Made by a program: the position numbers and the translations under genes
Assembly: GCA_046757025.1 (NCBI GenBank)
Contig: JBHHXN010000007.1
Coordinates: forward strand, 13,842 to 77,841
DNA: 64,000 nucleotides
Reading direction: 5' to 3'
DNA from: a bacterium
GTDB taxonomy: Bacteria > Zhuqueibacterota > Zhuqueibacteria > Oceanimicrobiales > Oceanimicrobiaceae
Shown: positions 10,001 through 21,397 of the stretch, one piece after another
Layout of the letters: every line of letters starts with the position of its first letter
Position numbering within the stretch: position 1 is the stretch's first letter
Notes under the pieces: generated by a model
The model's input: only the letters and a program-made list of their open reading frames with translations
Database searches by the model: none
Told to the model about the DNA's origin: nothing

Positions 10001-11558
10001 TTTCTGCCGATCTCGTTTGAATCGCTTCATCCCAAATGGCAATGGCGTTTTCAGCCGCTAGCTTTTGCAAATCAGTATTGAGGTACAAATTGCTTATTTT
10101 GATGTATTCCTCAAACGCCTCCTCCGTTTTACCCAGTTTGCTATCCAGTGTTAAGGCGATATTCCAGTGTATCTGCACCGCATGACTGTCGGAGGGAAAA
10201 GTTTTTAAATAATCGCGACTGTCTTGAATCGCCTGCTGATAGAGAGCCGGGTCGTTGGATTCTTCCGCTGTGCTGAGAATATAATTGATGTTTTCCCGCA
10301 GAGCTTTTTCCGCCAGAGAAATGGCTTCGGTCTTGGCAGTCAGGTCGCGAGTATTTTTCCACCAGTCTCCTTCAAAATTATATTTTTTGAACAGTTCAGA
10401 CCGTCTTGCGTAAACCATCTGCTCGTCTTTCTTGCGACGATAAGCCTCGGTGATGTTGGCTTGAATCGTCGGCGCGTTAGGCGAGTTCGGGTACAAGCTC
10501 AACAGCAGTTGATACGACTCGATGGCTTTATCATATTCTTCTTTTTCATTTAAAAACAAATCCCCGATCTTTTTTAAAACATCGAAGCTGTATTCCCGGC
10601 CGCCGATGATATCGAAATATTTTGCCGCCTGGCTGGGCCCACCAAAATCAAAAAAACTGATACCAATGTACTCGATGGCCTCTTCCCGGACCTCGGGGAA
10701 ATGATACTTTTTATCGGGGTCCATTTCCTGCACCAGGTCGATATCATCCGCCAGAGTTGTAAAGTAGGAAATGGCTGCCGGATAATCACTCAATCGGTAA
10801 TAAGCCCAACCCAATCGATAAAGAGCCGCGTCGTATTTTGAGCTGGTCTTGTACTGCAAAACCTGGTTATAAATCTCGATTGATTTTTCAATATCGCTAA
10901 CAGGGGGATTGAAATAGTATTCCGCCATGATCATCAAGGCATCGGGGATGTAGGGACTGTCGGGATATTTCTCCCTCAGCTCCTGAAAAATGTGAAACGC
11001 CTCCTCCGGTTCTCCCAGCTCCTGCAGTAAAAATCCTTTATTATAAATGGCGTCGTCTAAATACGGGCTGTCGGGAAAACGATCGATAATTTTTTGACAC
11101 AAGGATAACGGTTTGCTGTAATCGAGTTTCGGTTCGATGGGAGGTTGCTTGATTTTTCCTCGTTCATAGAGATTAAGCTGTTGATTATATTTATCGTTGG
11201 CCGTGCCGTAATCCTGCACCGCCTTTTCATACTGTAGATTGGCCAGCCGAAAAATAACTTTATCGATTACAGGACTATCCGGATGCTTATTGACAAAAGC
11301 TTCCAGCTCCTGAATCGTTTCCAGACGCAATCGATCATTCTCATTTAATAATTTCTCTGTTTCCTGGTTGTATTCCTGTAAAAATTTTTCAAGCTCCTCG
11401 TCTGAGTATTTATTGAAAATTGAATCCGTGTCAGCCGTATGCGGTCGAGACTTGAGCAGATTTTTAGAGGAAGAAAAGCTTTGACTAAAAGAATCCACCA
11501 CCTGCAAATACGGCAGGAGCAGGACGGCACAAAGTATCGAAAAAGGTGTATTTCTCAT
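7053..11558 (-). CDS. Large secreted TPR protein (GltD/AgmU-like) with C-terminal jelly-roll sugar-binding-like domain
   Basis: Signal peptide, many BamD/YfiO-like TPRs (FPDSPY, YPNS repeats), C-terminal VYFRKSF...VDDSFFLYLNG...GRNVLAVE. Confidence 0.8.
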   Translation of the reverse strand: MRNTPFSILCAVLLLPYLQVVDSFSQSFSSSKNLLKSRPHTADTDSIFNKYSDEELEKFLQEYNQETEKLLNENDRLRLETIQELEAFVNKHPDSPVIDKVIFRLANLQYEKAVQDYGTANDKYNQQLNLYERGKIKQPPIEPKLDYSKPLSLCQKIIDRFPDSPYLDDAIYNKGFLLQELGEPEEAFHIFQELREKYPDSPYIPDALMIMAEYYFNPPVSDIEKSIEIYNQVLQYKTSSKYDAALYRLGWAYYRLSDYPAAISYFTTLADDIDLVQEMDPDKKYHFPEVREEAIEYIGISFFDFGGPSQAAKYFDIIGGREYSFDVLKKIGDLFLNEKEEYDKAIESYQLLLSLYPNSPNAPTIQANITEAYRRKKDEQMVYARRSELFKKYNFEGDWWKNTRDLTAKTEAISLAEKALRENINYILSTAEESNDPALYQQAIQDSRDYLKTFPSDSHAVQIHWNIALTLDSKLGKTEEAFEEYIKISNLYLNTDLQKLAAENAIAIWDEAIQTRSAEKSGPELQMGKEISRQELSAEEKKLAFALDNYIRLFPHEPGTAKILARAGALYYEKHQFTESLMYNKTLLKHFPDSPEARDAQFVIMESYFGKGDFESTEIIAKRLRNEDPQYRTKATARLAESIFLKAKAYSGSSQHVMAAEEYLRVLQEAPTAEFADLALYNSAIEYKKASEFEKAVTSYKLLIQNYPNSKHYLNALNNLAFDYREMKDFHKAAVTYEKLANLQTDEKQAEIALYNASVSYVEAEDWQQAIRINTRFVERFPKAEDADNLLFNNASYYLKLNDIQQANKIYDEFARKYPDSPGVVEALFHRGKYFLDNNRTVEAKTEFEKAINKNNYLKQRDRPTNDFFAVEALYQLTKIKFKEFQSIRFNISPQYVVQNKAKKKAMLLDLLDNYGKVISAGTIRLYEATYCQGLAYEEFAKTWAEQEIFTTNDNQRILAQKEVNKVSAELFEKAVKTYKEGVKTLTKISDSYRKSVAANNHDDYSRTKISDDSTLSVAEGWIEKCQNKISENLYAIAEINDKTVSQLLTAINPPGLDKLELLIYRNQLIEKVISPVLREITDAHIRNIQEGRALDLDNPWIEKSKKKLLAAGTISAQEFQKISFGALNAYGDLIESYKRVVKSGDEAAFDVAEQMLNYLDLSRKTAASMIQSYRENIQQVRKLNIQTPEAKRAEENVMKAVFNFSTIADSLALMANAQRLYFQELFKNTDNTDFDEASLNFDEQYFALVDGSQEVLENGLTIGQEFKLNNQWSRKIILALVMKKPEEFANKLKLNIETEMIHTGSNWFAASEFVPGWTEPDFPDTLWNHAYNEGPAKGLTGNGTNAIWFVNIDKSQLTEQDSSNLLGQISTESTQPIDKLSKVLIRPEKVYFRKSFDVAGLPVSGMLQLFVDDSFFLYLNGQKIAEYRHGQEQNLKTHHFNILEYVKSGRNVLAVEAFDSDSSHGHFEAVLEIKNMPDWSKLRHELEQENVRNSQNLDMN

Positions 11559-11617
11559 ATCATTACAGTTTTTATGAATAGCAGCAAAATACCTTCAAAT
11601 TTTCTTCAGTTTGGTTT

Positions 11618-14389
11618 TTATTTCTCCTCGACTTCTCGCTGTCTTAAATCGAAATAGGATTCTTTAAAAGACGGATCGGAAAGGGATTGCTCTATCAGGA
11701 TTTTTTCTTGCTTCTGAACATTTTCAGCCATGCGTTTTTCCCAATCTTCTTCGAGCTGTTTTATTCGTTCGGCATTTTTTCGTTCTTGCAAAAGATTATG
11801 AATAAATTGACCATTTTGTGAAAGCTCCATGATCCTTTGCTTCTTTTCAGCAATGGCAGTTAATTTGACATTGCTCAATCCAAAACCGGAAAAATCCGCA
11901 TAGTGATCAAATTGTGTGTTCATCTCTTGCTGGTGGTTTTCAACCAGCCAGGCGTTGATTTTCGTGGAACGATCTTTGAGTCGATTTATATCGTTCTGCA
12001 ATATTTCCAGCTCTATCTTTGTACTGACAGAAGTTTTCGCATAATCAATCCTGCGCTGTAAGTTTTGTAATTGAAAGAATATCTTTTCAATTTGCTCCAA
12101 TTCAGACTGGATGTTTTTTTTGATATCGTCTAACATCTTTTTTCGGTAATTTACCATTCCTTCTTGAGATGCCAGCGGATATTCTGAATAATAATTTGAA
12201 TTGAGGCCGTTATGTCTGCTGTTTATGGCTTGCATAGCCATGCTGAATCTATCTTTTCGATTCTTTTCTAAATCAAATCCCGCAAAGCTGGTTTCTCCAT
12301 ATTTTTGTGTCACCAGGCTGGTAAATTCCTCCAATTGATTCAAAAGGTTCACGCCGTCCTGGTTTGCCAGGATGGCCTCGAATTTACCGCTTTTTTCAAT
12401 TTTCTGATATTGTTCCAACATCTGCTGAAACTGTTCTCGTAACTGCACCAAGGTTTCGTACAGTGGCTTGTCCCTATGTTCAAGAATCAATTTCTCCACT
12501 TCTTCCAGTGCCATGAGTTGATTTAAGATAAATCTTCTTTCTGAATTATAGAGCTCGACTATCTCCAGCGCTTCTCGAGCCTCGGAAATATAATTCAAAT
12601 CTCTCAATGCTGAATCGTGTTGATTGAGGATTTTTTTGCAATGCGCAGACAAGGTGAGTGCCTCGTAGGTATGCAGGGAAGCCAAATCGTAAGTCACCAG
12701 CAGTTTCACGTTGGCAATGGCGTGCTCATAATTTTTCAATTTTAAATTGGCCCAGGCAGCCCCCAACAATGCCTTATCAAAGTAAGTCGATTTCTTATTC
12801 AAACTGTTAAAATAAAATAATGCATCCTGAAAATTGCCGGATTCATAATTCAAATAACCCAATTTTAACAGCGCTTTATCCTGGAATTGGGCGATTTCTC
12901 GATCAGATGAGGGATAATCATCGATCTGCAGGATTTGATTAAAAATCGCCTCAGCAGATGCGTAATTCCGAAGATTCACTTCCACCACGCCGGCGAGATA
13001 CCTGGCAGACAAATAATACGCTGATTCTTTCGGAATTTGTGCAAGCCGTTTTCTGGCGCCTTCAAAATCGCCATATTTGAAATGCAAATAGCCGGCTAAA
13101 TAAAAAGTCTTATCTCGCAATATTCCGGACAGTTGCTGAGCATGGGTTTGGAGCAGCCGGGCATATTTTGAACACGCCTCTCGGTCTTTGAGGCGATTGT
13201 TGACCATCAGCAACCGATAAACACTTTCCGTGAAATATTGAGACCCGGCCATTTGAAACGCGAGTCGCTCATAATCCGCACGCGCCTGTTGGTACAATCG
13301 TTGAATAAAATAACTTTCTGCCCGATAAAAAAGAACGGTCGCAAGGAAGGGGTTTTGCTGGTTGTATTCGTCTAATATCGCATCGAACTGTTTAATGGCC
13401 AGCGGGAAATTTTCATCCCGATAATTGGTCAAGGCATCTCGCAAATCCGACTTCAGCATGCGGGTTTTTTCTGCCGAAGTTGCCTGTTGCAACAGCAGTT
13501 TTTTGATGATCAAATAGCGCGTTAACACCACTTGATATTGAATATATTCTCGCGCTTTCCATTCATTAAATGCTTCGGTGATGTTGATTGCATTGTTTGA
13601 ATCGATTTTTTCGTAACCCATCAAGGATAGAACTTTGGCATCTAAATTATTTAAAATAACCCTCTTGGTGTCTTCAATTTCATAGCTCAGACTGGAATTT
13701 AGCTGCCTGGTTTTTTCCAGGAGCCGATCCAGCTCAACCAGCGCCTTTTTGAGTAATTGCACTTCGTTCAAATATTCTTCCGAGATCGCTTTGAAGCGGG
13801 CGCTGTCCGCAAGTACAGACTTTCTGGCCGGCTCAGAGTTGGACCGCACGTTTTCTGCATAATATTGATGGCGGCTTTTATTCCGCAGATCATTATCTTC
13901 TATTAGTTTAGTGATTCTGCTACGGATATTCTCGAGCTGACTCCAGGATTCTCTGTCCAGTTCGGGATCGACCATTTGTTTAAGCAGATCGATTTCATCG
14001 ATGATCTGAATCAGCAAATTCAGCTCATTGGAATAGGCTTCAACCAGTTGTTCAGAATTTCCATAAACCACGCGAACCTCATTCAATATTTGGCTGTTTG
14101 GAAATTGTCCCCTTTTTTTGATTTCCTGAATAATGTTTTCAATTAATTGTAAAAGAAATTTCTCCCGCACCACCATATCATTTAGATGAGGTTTGCTAAT
14201 TTGATTTAAATAAAAAGCCAGTCGATCTTCAAAACTGATTTCTTTGTATCTGCCTGAACCGTAGAGGCCTTGTGAGTAAATGAGTAATGAAAAACAAAAA
14301 CCCGCGAGCAGCAAAATGGTCAGAGAAACCCTTGTTTTATCGAATAATTTTTTAGGTAAAAAGCGATACCGCGTTTTCATGGCGTGCAC
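11618..14389 (-). CDS. TPR and coiled-coil protein with N-terminal TM/signal
   Basis: N-terminal hydrophobic segment, central TPRs (ALLKLGYLNY, ALLGAAWANL), coiled-coil ends. Confidence 0.8.
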   Translation of the reverse strand: MHAMKTRYRFLPKKLFDKTRVSLTILLLAGFCFSLLIYSQGLYGSGRYKEISFEDRLAFYLNQISKPHLNDMVVREKFLLQLIENIIQEIKKRGQFPNSQILNEVRVVYGNSEQLVEAYSNELNLLIQIIDEIDLLKQMVDPELDRESWSQLENIRSRITKLIEDNDLRNKSRHQYYAENVRSNSEPARKSVLADSARFKAISEEYLNEVQLLKKALVELDRLLEKTRQLNSSLSYEIEDTKRVILNNLDAKVLSLMGYEKIDSNNAINITEAFNEWKAREYIQYQVVLTRYLIIKKLLLQQATSAEKTRMLKSDLRDALTNYRDENFPLAIKQFDAILDEYNQQNPFLATVLFYRAESYFIQRLYQQARADYERLAFQMAGSQYFTESVYRLLMVNNRLKDREACSKYARLLQTHAQQLSGILRDKTFYLAGYLHFKYGDFEGARKRLAQIPKESAYYLSARYLAGVVEVNLRNYASAEAIFNQILQIDDYPSSDREIAQFQDKALLKLGYLNYESGNFQDALFYFNSLNKKSTYFDKALLGAAWANLKLKNYEHAIANVKLLVTYDLASLHTYEALTLSAHCKKILNQHDSALRDLNYISEAREALEIVELYNSERRFILNQLMALEEVEKLILEHRDKPLYETLVQLREQFQQMLEQYQKIEKSGKFEAILANQDGVNLLNQLEEFTSLVTQKYGETSFAGFDLEKNRKDRFSMAMQAINSRHNGLNSNYYSEYPLASQEGMVNYRKKMLDDIKKNIQSELEQIEKIFFQLQNLQRRIDYAKTSVSTKIELEILQNDINRLKDRSTKINAWLVENHQQEMNTQFDHYADFSGFGLSNVKLTAIAEKKQRIMELSQNGQFIHNLLQERKNAERIKQLEEDWEKRMAENVQKQEKILIEQSLSDPSFKESYFDLRQREVEEK

Positions 14390-14444
14390 CTACAGTTGAA
14401 TTTTCCGTGTGAGAAGATGCAAAAATAACTATTCCAAATGGAAT

Positions 14445-14501
14445 AAAAAAAGTGAATGACCATAGAATCATTATTATTTATTCTATTTCGTCATTCACTT
14501 T
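14445..14501 (-). terminator. Terminator of the atp operon
   Basis: AAAGTGAATGAC...GTCATTCACTTT inverted repeat with a T-tract on the minus strand. Confidence 0.7.
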
Positions 14502-14596
14502 AAATTCTTGAGCAATTGGCCCAACAATAATCATCTGCAAAAATTCGTTTGCAGACAATTTTTTTAGAACGCCTGGAAGATTTTAACAGGGGAGAA

Positions 14597-15004
14597 TTAT
14601 TGCTTGGAAGCGATTTGAATTCGATTGATGGCGCGATAAAGCGCGGCCCTGGCGCGAACCAGGTCCCACGATTTGCGGCCTTCTTCCAATCTCTTCAGGG
14701 CACGCTGTTTGGCATTTTCAGCCCGTTCGAGATCGAGCGCATCCGCGGGTTCGGCGGTTTCAGCCAGCATAGCCACGCTATCGGAAAAAACTTCCACAAA
14801 GCCGCCGCTGGTGGCGAAGTAATTTTCCTCCTGGCCCTTCTGAATTTTCACTTCGCCAATTTTCACCGCCGCTAAATAAGGTGTGTGCCCGGGCAAAACA
14901 CCAAAATAACCTTTCAAGCCGGGCAATCGAATGGCATCCACTTCTTCGGAATATACTTTTTTATCGGGAGTAATAATCTCAAATTGAATTTTTTCGTGAC
15001 TCAT
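14597..15004 (-). CDS. atpC: ATP synthase F1 epsilon
   Basis: EIITPDK...GVLPGHTP...SGGFVEV; last gene of the operon. Confidence 0.97.
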   Translation of the reverse strand: MSHEKIQFEIITPDKKVYSEEVDAIRLPGLKGYFGVLPGHTPYLAAVKIGEVKIQKGQEENYFATSGGFVEVFSDSVAMLAETAEPADALDLERAENAKQRALKRLEEGRKSWDLVRARAALYRAINRIQIASKQ

Positions 15005-15051
15005 AAATCAAATCGATATTCTGGTTCAATCCATAATTGATAATTTTTAAT

Positions 15052-16455
<1,404 letters not shown>

Positions 16456-16514
16456 TTATTTCCTCTTATAATTTAAATTCTTAACTAAATTCGTTTGTAA
16501 ATTTATTACTTCAA

Positions 16515-17375
16515 TTACGTCCGCAGCGCTTCGGCGCCGCCCACGATTTCCGAGATTTCCTCGGTGATGGCAGCCTGACGAACTTTGTTGTAATACAACG
16601 TGAGATCGTAGATCATTTCTTCGGCGTTTTCCGTGGCGGATTCCATAGCTACCATTCTGGCGCCCTGCTCTGAAGCATACGATTCCAGCAAGATACGCCA
16701 CATCTGCACATTCAAATGTTTGGGACAAAGCTCATTCAAAATATCCTGGATAGATGGCTCGTACAGATAATCCACCGGCTGATATTTTTCTACCTCCGGC
16801 ATTTTCGCTTCAATGGGCAATAATTGATGCACCACCATTTTCTGCACGGCTGCAGACTTGAATTGATTGTAGATTACGTAAATCCGATCAAATTCGTCCG
16901 CTAAATACTTTTCCTGAATCAGAGCCGAAATGGTTTCCGCATTTTTGAATGCCAGCTCATCGAAAATATTATCATATTTTTCAACTATCTCAAATCCCCG
17001 CCGGGCAAAATGCTCGGAGCTCTTCCGGCCCACCGTGATGAGATTATGGTCGCCATCGTGGCGTTCAATTTCGTTTTTTGCCGTGCGCAAAACGTTGGCG
17101 TTGAAACTGCCGCAGAGTCCTCTATCGGCCGCCACAACCACATAACAGATCTTTTTCGAATCCCGTTCTGCCAGCAGGGGATGCTGGCTGCGGTCAACTT
17201 TCGCGGTCACATGCGCCAGCAATTCAGCCATACGCTCGGCGTAGGGCCGGGAGTGGATGAGTCGGTCCTGGGCTTTGCGCAGTTTTGCAGCCGAAACCAT
17301 TTTCATAGCTTTGGTGATTTGCTGCGTGCTTTTAACGCTGCTGATTCGTCTTCTAATATCGCGTAAAGTTGCCAA
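16515..17375 (-). CDS. atpG: ATP synthase F1 gamma
   Basis: ITKAMKMVSAAK, DRGLCG, RQAAITEEISEIVGGA. Confidence 0.98.
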   Translation of the reverse strand: MATLRDIRRRISSVKSTQQITKAMKMVSAAKLRKAQDRLIHSRPYAERMAELLAHVTAKVDRSQHPLLAERDSKKICYVVVAADRGLCGSFNANVLRTAKNEIERHDGDHNLITVGRKSSEHFARRGFEIVEKYDNIFDELAFKNAETISALIQEKYLADEFDRIYVIYNQFKSAAVQKMVVHQLLPIEAKMPEVEKYQPVDYLYEPSIQDILNELCPKHLNVQMWRILLESYASEQGARMVAMESATENAEEMIYDLTLYYNKVRQAAITEEISEIVGGAEALRT

Positions 17376-18890
17376 TTATTTTTCCACCGTAAATATTTTC
17401 ATAAATTCCTCACAAATGGACTGCATTTTTTGCCGCAATTCGTCATCGAGCTGCTTTTTATCGGCGATAGCCTTCAACGTCTCAGCGTAATTCGAATCCA
17501 GGAATTGATAAAACTCACCCTCCAACCGGGCGATTTGATCCACAGGAATGTCATCCAGAAAGCCGTTGACTCCGAGAAAAATAATAGCGATTTGCTTTTC
17601 CACCCACAGGGGAACATACTGATCCTGTTTCAGGATTTCGACCATTCTCTGACCGCGGGTAATTTGAGCCAGAGTCGCCTTATCCAGATCCGAGCCAAAT
17701 TTAGCAAACGCTTCCAACTCCCGGTACTGAGCCAAATCCAGCCGAAGCCGGCCCGCCACCTGCTTCATGGCTTTGATTTGCGCATTGCCGCCCACCCGTG
17801 AAACCGAAAGTCCCACATTGATCGCCGGCCGCACGCCCGCATAAAACAGGTCGGACTCCAGGTAAATTTGACCATCTGTGATGGAAATGACGTTGGTTGG
17901 AATGTAAGCAGACACGTCACCTGCCTGCGTTTCGATGATCGGCAGGGCGGTCAAAGAGCCGCCGCCCAGCTCATCGTTCAACTTCGCCGCCCGTTCCAGC
18001 AACCTCGAATGGAGATAAAAAACGTCGCCGGGATAGGCTTCGCGCGCCGGTGGCCGCCGCAGCAGCAACGAAAGCTGTCGGTAAGCCCAGGCGTGTTTTG
18101 AAAGATCGTCGTAGATGGCCACCGCGTGTTTTCCGTTGTCGCGAAAGTGCTCGCCGATGGTGGCGCCGCTATAGGGAGCGATATATTGCAGCGGAGCCGG
18201 ATCACTTGCAGATGCCGAAACCACCACGGTGTAATCCATGGCGCCGGCTTCTTCCAGCGTCTTAACCACTTTTGCCACACTGGAAGCCTTTTGACCGATG
18301 GCGACATAAATGCAAAAAACATCGGTGTCTTTCTGGTTGATGATGGTATCGATAGCTACGGCTGTTTTGCCGGTTTGCCGGTCTCCGATTATCAACTCAC
18401 GCTGGCCGCGGCCGATGGGAATCATGGAGTCGATGGCTTTCAAACCCGTTTGCAGCGGTTCTTTCACCGGCTGCCTTTGCACCACACCCAGGGCTTTTCT
18501 TTCGATGGGCAAATACTCGCTGGTTTTAATGGGCCCCTTGCCATCGATGGGCTGCCCCAGTGGATTGATGACCCTTCCCAGCATTTCTTCACCAATTGGG
18601 ATTTGCATGATTTTGCCGGTTCTTTTAGCGGAATCCCCTTCTTTGACGTGGGTGTCATTTCCAAACAGTACACAACCGACGTTGTCTTCTTCGAGGTTTA
18701 AAGCCATGCCAAGTAACCCGCCGGTAAACTCGACTAACTCACTAGCCATGACTTTTTCAAGCCCGTAAACGCGAGCGATACCGTCTCCCACCTGCACCAC
18801 TTCGCCCACTTCTTCCAGTTGAATGCTGGTTTCAAAACTCTCGATTTGCTTTTTGATTATGGAAGTAATTTCTTCAGGACGAATTTCCAT
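17376..18890 (-). CDS. atpA: ATP synthase F1 alpha
   Basis: [27 protein letters not shown]. Confidence 0.99.
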   Translation of the reverse strand: MEIRPEEITSIIKKQIESFETSIQLEEVGEVVQVGDGIARVYGLEKVMASELVEFTGGLLGMALNLEEDNVGCVLFGNDTHVKEGDSAKRTGKIMQIPIGEEMLGRVINPLGQPIDGKGPIKTSEYLPIERKALGVVQRQPVKEPLQTGLKAIDSMIPIGRGQRELIIGDRQTGKTAVAIDTIINQKDTDVFCIYVAIGQKASSVAKVVKTLEEAGAMDYTVVVSASASDPAPLQYIAPYSGATIGEHFRDNGKHAVAIYDDLSKHAWAYRQLSLLLRRPPAREAYPGDVFYLHSRLLERAAKLNDELGGGSLTALPIIETQAGDVSAYIPTNVISITDGQIYLESDLFYAGVRPAINVGLSVSRVGGNAQIKAMKQVAGRLRLDLAQYRELEAFAKFGSDLDKATLAQITRGQRMVEILKQDQYVPLWVEKQIAIIFLGVNGFLDDIPVDQIARLEGEFYQFLDSNYAETLKAIADKKQLDDELRQKMQSICEEFMKIFTVEK

Positions 18891-18920
18891 CCTATTTCAA
18901 ATCTCCTCAATTAAAGGTTG

Positions 18921-19130
18921 TAGATTTCTGCAAAATGCAATTACGGAGGGGTGCTGCAAGCGAAAGAGACTGTGTGAAAATGTAACGCATGCATCTTGCT
19001 TGCGAGAATGGATTGCAAGAAAACAAAAGCGTAGCTTAAATTACAGACCCGCCTTAACAAGCCAGAGGCTTGTTTTACCATGTTTTCACACAGGCTCGAA
19101 AGGTTGAACACCCTATTTTGCAAAAATCTA
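18921..19130. mobile_element. MITE-like element (outer) with 16-bp TIRs and 8-bp target duplication
   Basis: TAGATTTCTGCAAAAT / ATTTTGCAAAAATCTA (15/16 inverted match) flanked by direct AAAGGTTG at 18913-18920 and 19131-19138. Confidence 0.75.
18966..19097. mobile_element. MITE-like element (inner), nested in the outer element
   Basis: GAGACTGTGTGAAAA / TTTTCACACAGGCTC (14/15 inverted match) flanked by direct GAAA. Confidence 0.7.
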
Positions 19131-19233
19131 AAAGGTTGATTTACCAATAATGCTATTTGTCTTTCAAATAATACATTACTTAATTTCAGCGCAAATTGAA
19201 ACGATGTCAGCCCTGCAGTACGTTCTCAATCTT

Positions 19234-19791
19234 TCAGTGCAAATTAGAATTCGACTTTGCGATCAATTTAGATTTAAGCCGATGTAGCTGACTCTGCAGA
19301 CAACCATCGAAGACCTGTCCCTGAATGTTGACAATGATCCCCCCAAGAATGGACGGGTCGACTTGATTGCTGATCTGGACATCTGCCGAATAAGCATTAT
19401 CCAAATGCGATTTTAAATTGCTGAACGATTTTGAATCCAGGGGCACGGCCGTAGTGGCTTTTGCGCGAATTTTCTTGTTGTGATCATCAAACATAATCCC
19501 GAATTGTTTGGCAATGGTCGAAAATAAGCTTTCCCGATTTTTCATCAATAGCAGCGAAAGAAAATTGAAAAAGACGTTTGACACCCGATCTTGCAGCATC
19601 TTATCCAGGGTTGTTTTCTTTTCTTTTTTACTCATTTCCTGAGAACTGAAAAACAACTGCAGTTCTTCGTTGGATTGCAAGTTTTTGTTCAAAAAGTCTA
19701 TTTCGTGATAGATTTTATCCAGAAGGCCGCGCTCTTTTGCGATCTCAAATAAAGCCCGGGCATATCTTTTAGCTAAAACGTTTTCTTTCAA
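19234..19791 (-). CDS. atpH: ATP synthase F1 delta
   Basis: [10 protein letters not shown]...[11 protein letters not shown]. Confidence 0.96.
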   Translation of the reverse strand: MKENVLAKRYARALFEIAKERGLLDKIYHEIDFLNKNLQSNEELQLFFSSQEMSKKEKKTTLDKMLQDRVSNVFFNFLSLLLMKNRESLFSTIAKQFGIMFDDHNKKIRAKATTAVPLDSKSFSNLKSHLDNAYSADVQISNQVDPSILGGIIVNIQGQVFDGCLQSQLHRLKSKLIAKSNSNLH

Positions 19792-20282
19792 TTTATCTCC
19801 GTCATTTTATCCAGTGAATCTTTGATGATATTTTTGTGATCGTCAACAGACAATGACTTACCAATCAATTTAGATGCAATGGAAACAGACAATTCAGCCG
19901 CTTGTTGTTTAATGACCTCCACGGCTTTTTCCCGCTCGAGGGCAATCTCCTTTTTGGCCCGTTCAAGCATATTGGCAGCTTCTGCCTGGGCTTTTTGAAG
20001 TATTTCCTCTTTAGTGGTTTCAGCGGTTTTACGACTGGTGGCCAAAAGCTCCTGCGCTTCTTTTTTAGCTGATTCGATCAATTCCTGATTCTTAACCATA
20101 GTCTCTTCGCTCTCTTTTTGAGCGACATCAGCTTTTTCAAGCGCATCCTTTATTCTTTTCTCTCGATCTTCCAACGCCTGCAGAATGGGTCCCCAAGCCA
20201 TTTTCCTGAGAATGAAAAGCAAAACAACAAAGGTTAAAATCGTCCAGAAAATCGTACCGGGTTCGGGATTCAATAAATTCAT
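19788..20282 (-). CDS. atpF: ATP synthase Fo b
   Basis: N-terminal [15 protein letters not shown], coiled coil. Confidence 0.96.
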   Translation of the reverse strand: MNLLNPEPGTIFWTILTFVVLLFILRKMAWGPILQALEDREKRIKDALEKADVAQKESEETMVKNQELIESAKKEAQELLATSRKTAETTKEEILQKAQAEAANMLERAKKEIALEREKAVEVIKQQAAELSVSIASKLIGKSLSVDDHKNIIKDSLDKMTEIN

Positions 20283-20303
20283 TTTTACTTTACCTTATGT
20301 AAT

Positions 20304-20543
20304 TTAGGCGCCAGCCGTTTTGAGACTTAACAAGAAACAAATAACCAATGACAAGAGAGCGACACCTTCGATCATGGCTGCGGTAATAATCATCGCACCC
20401 CGAATGTCTCCAGCCGCTTCAGGCTGTCTGGCAATTCCTTCCATTGCCGCGCTTGCTAATTTACTTACTCCATAAGCGCCACCGATTACGGACACGGCTG
20501 CTCCAAATCCTGCAGCTAAAAATGCCATTGCTAAATCTGTCAT
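20304..20543 (-). CDS. atpE: ATP synthase Fo c (H+-type)
   Basis: ARQPE loop; IEG carboxylate without the Q...ES/T Na+ signature. Confidence 0.97.
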   Translation of the reverse strand: MTDLAMAFLAAGFGAAVSVIGGAYGVSKLASAAMEGIARQPEAAGDIRGAMIITAAMIEGVALLSLVICFLLSLKTAGA

Positions 20544-20578
20544 GAAACCTCCTAATTAGGTTAAATTAATAATTACGA

Positions 20579-21394
20579 TTAATGCTCCTGATGTATTGCC
20601 ATACCAATGAATACGGACGATAAAATTGTGAAAATATACGCTTGAATTAAAGCGATCAATATTTCAAGCAAACTGACAAATAAAATTCCTCCGAGCGTTG
20701 CAAAGCCTACAAACCAGTTTTTAAAGGTAAAAACAATCAACAACAAAGCAAATATAACCACGTGACCGGCCACCATATTGGCAAACAGTCGAATGGCCAG
20801 AGCAAAATGCTTCGTAAACAAACTGATAAACTCCACGGGCACCATGATAAACAACAACGGAAACGGCAATCCCGGCGGAATTAAACCCTTGATATATCCG
20901 AACAATCCGTGATTTCGTACACCGGCGATTTGAACCATGCTAAACGTCAACAACGCCAGGGCAGCGGTTACGCTAATGTTGCCAGTGGCGGTGGCGGCCA
21001 TAGGTACCAGTCCCATTAAATTGCTAATTAAAATGAAAAAGAAGGCGGTTAGAAGATAGGGAGCGTATTTGCGGCTGTGACTACCCAGGTACGGCCGCAT
21101 GACTTCTTCTTCCAGATAGACCACCAGAAACTCAAAAAAGTTGGCCAATCCTTTGGGGATCAGTTTCGGTTTACGAAACAAAATTGTCAGGGTCACGATC
21201 AACAAAGCCGATGTGATCCACAACATCACAATGTGTTTAGTGATGGAAAGATCAAAACCGAACAACTGGATTTTAAATATCACGTGATCCGTGATGTGGT
21301 GCATAATAAAATCCGCACCCAATGGTTCATGTTCCCCCGTTCCCTGGCTGCCATCAGCAATCGATGCCAATATTCCTGTCAATGTTCTCATCAA
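20579..21394 (-). CDS. atpB: ATP synthase Fo a
   Basis: FALAIRLFANMVAGH, IQAYIF. Confidence 0.97.
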   Translation of the reverse strand: MMRTLTGILASIADGSQGTGEHEPLGADFIMHHITDHVIFKIQLFGFDLSITKHIVMLWITSALLIVTLTILFRKPKLIPKGLANFFEFLVVYLEEEVMRPYLGSHSRKYAPYLLTAFFFILISNLMGLVPMAATATGNISVTAALALLTFSMVQIAGVRNHGLFGYIKGLIPPGLPFPLLFIMVPVEFISLFTKHFALAIRLFANMVAGHVVIFALLLIVFTFKNWFVGFATLGGILFVSLLEILIALIQAYIFTILSSVFIGMAIHQEH

Positions 21395-21397
21395 TAT

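Noticed and set aside
20304..20543. Na+-translocating or N-type ATPase
   Set aside because: The c subunit has IEG with no Q/ES(T)/Y Na+ ligands, and gene order is the standard F-type with atpH present.
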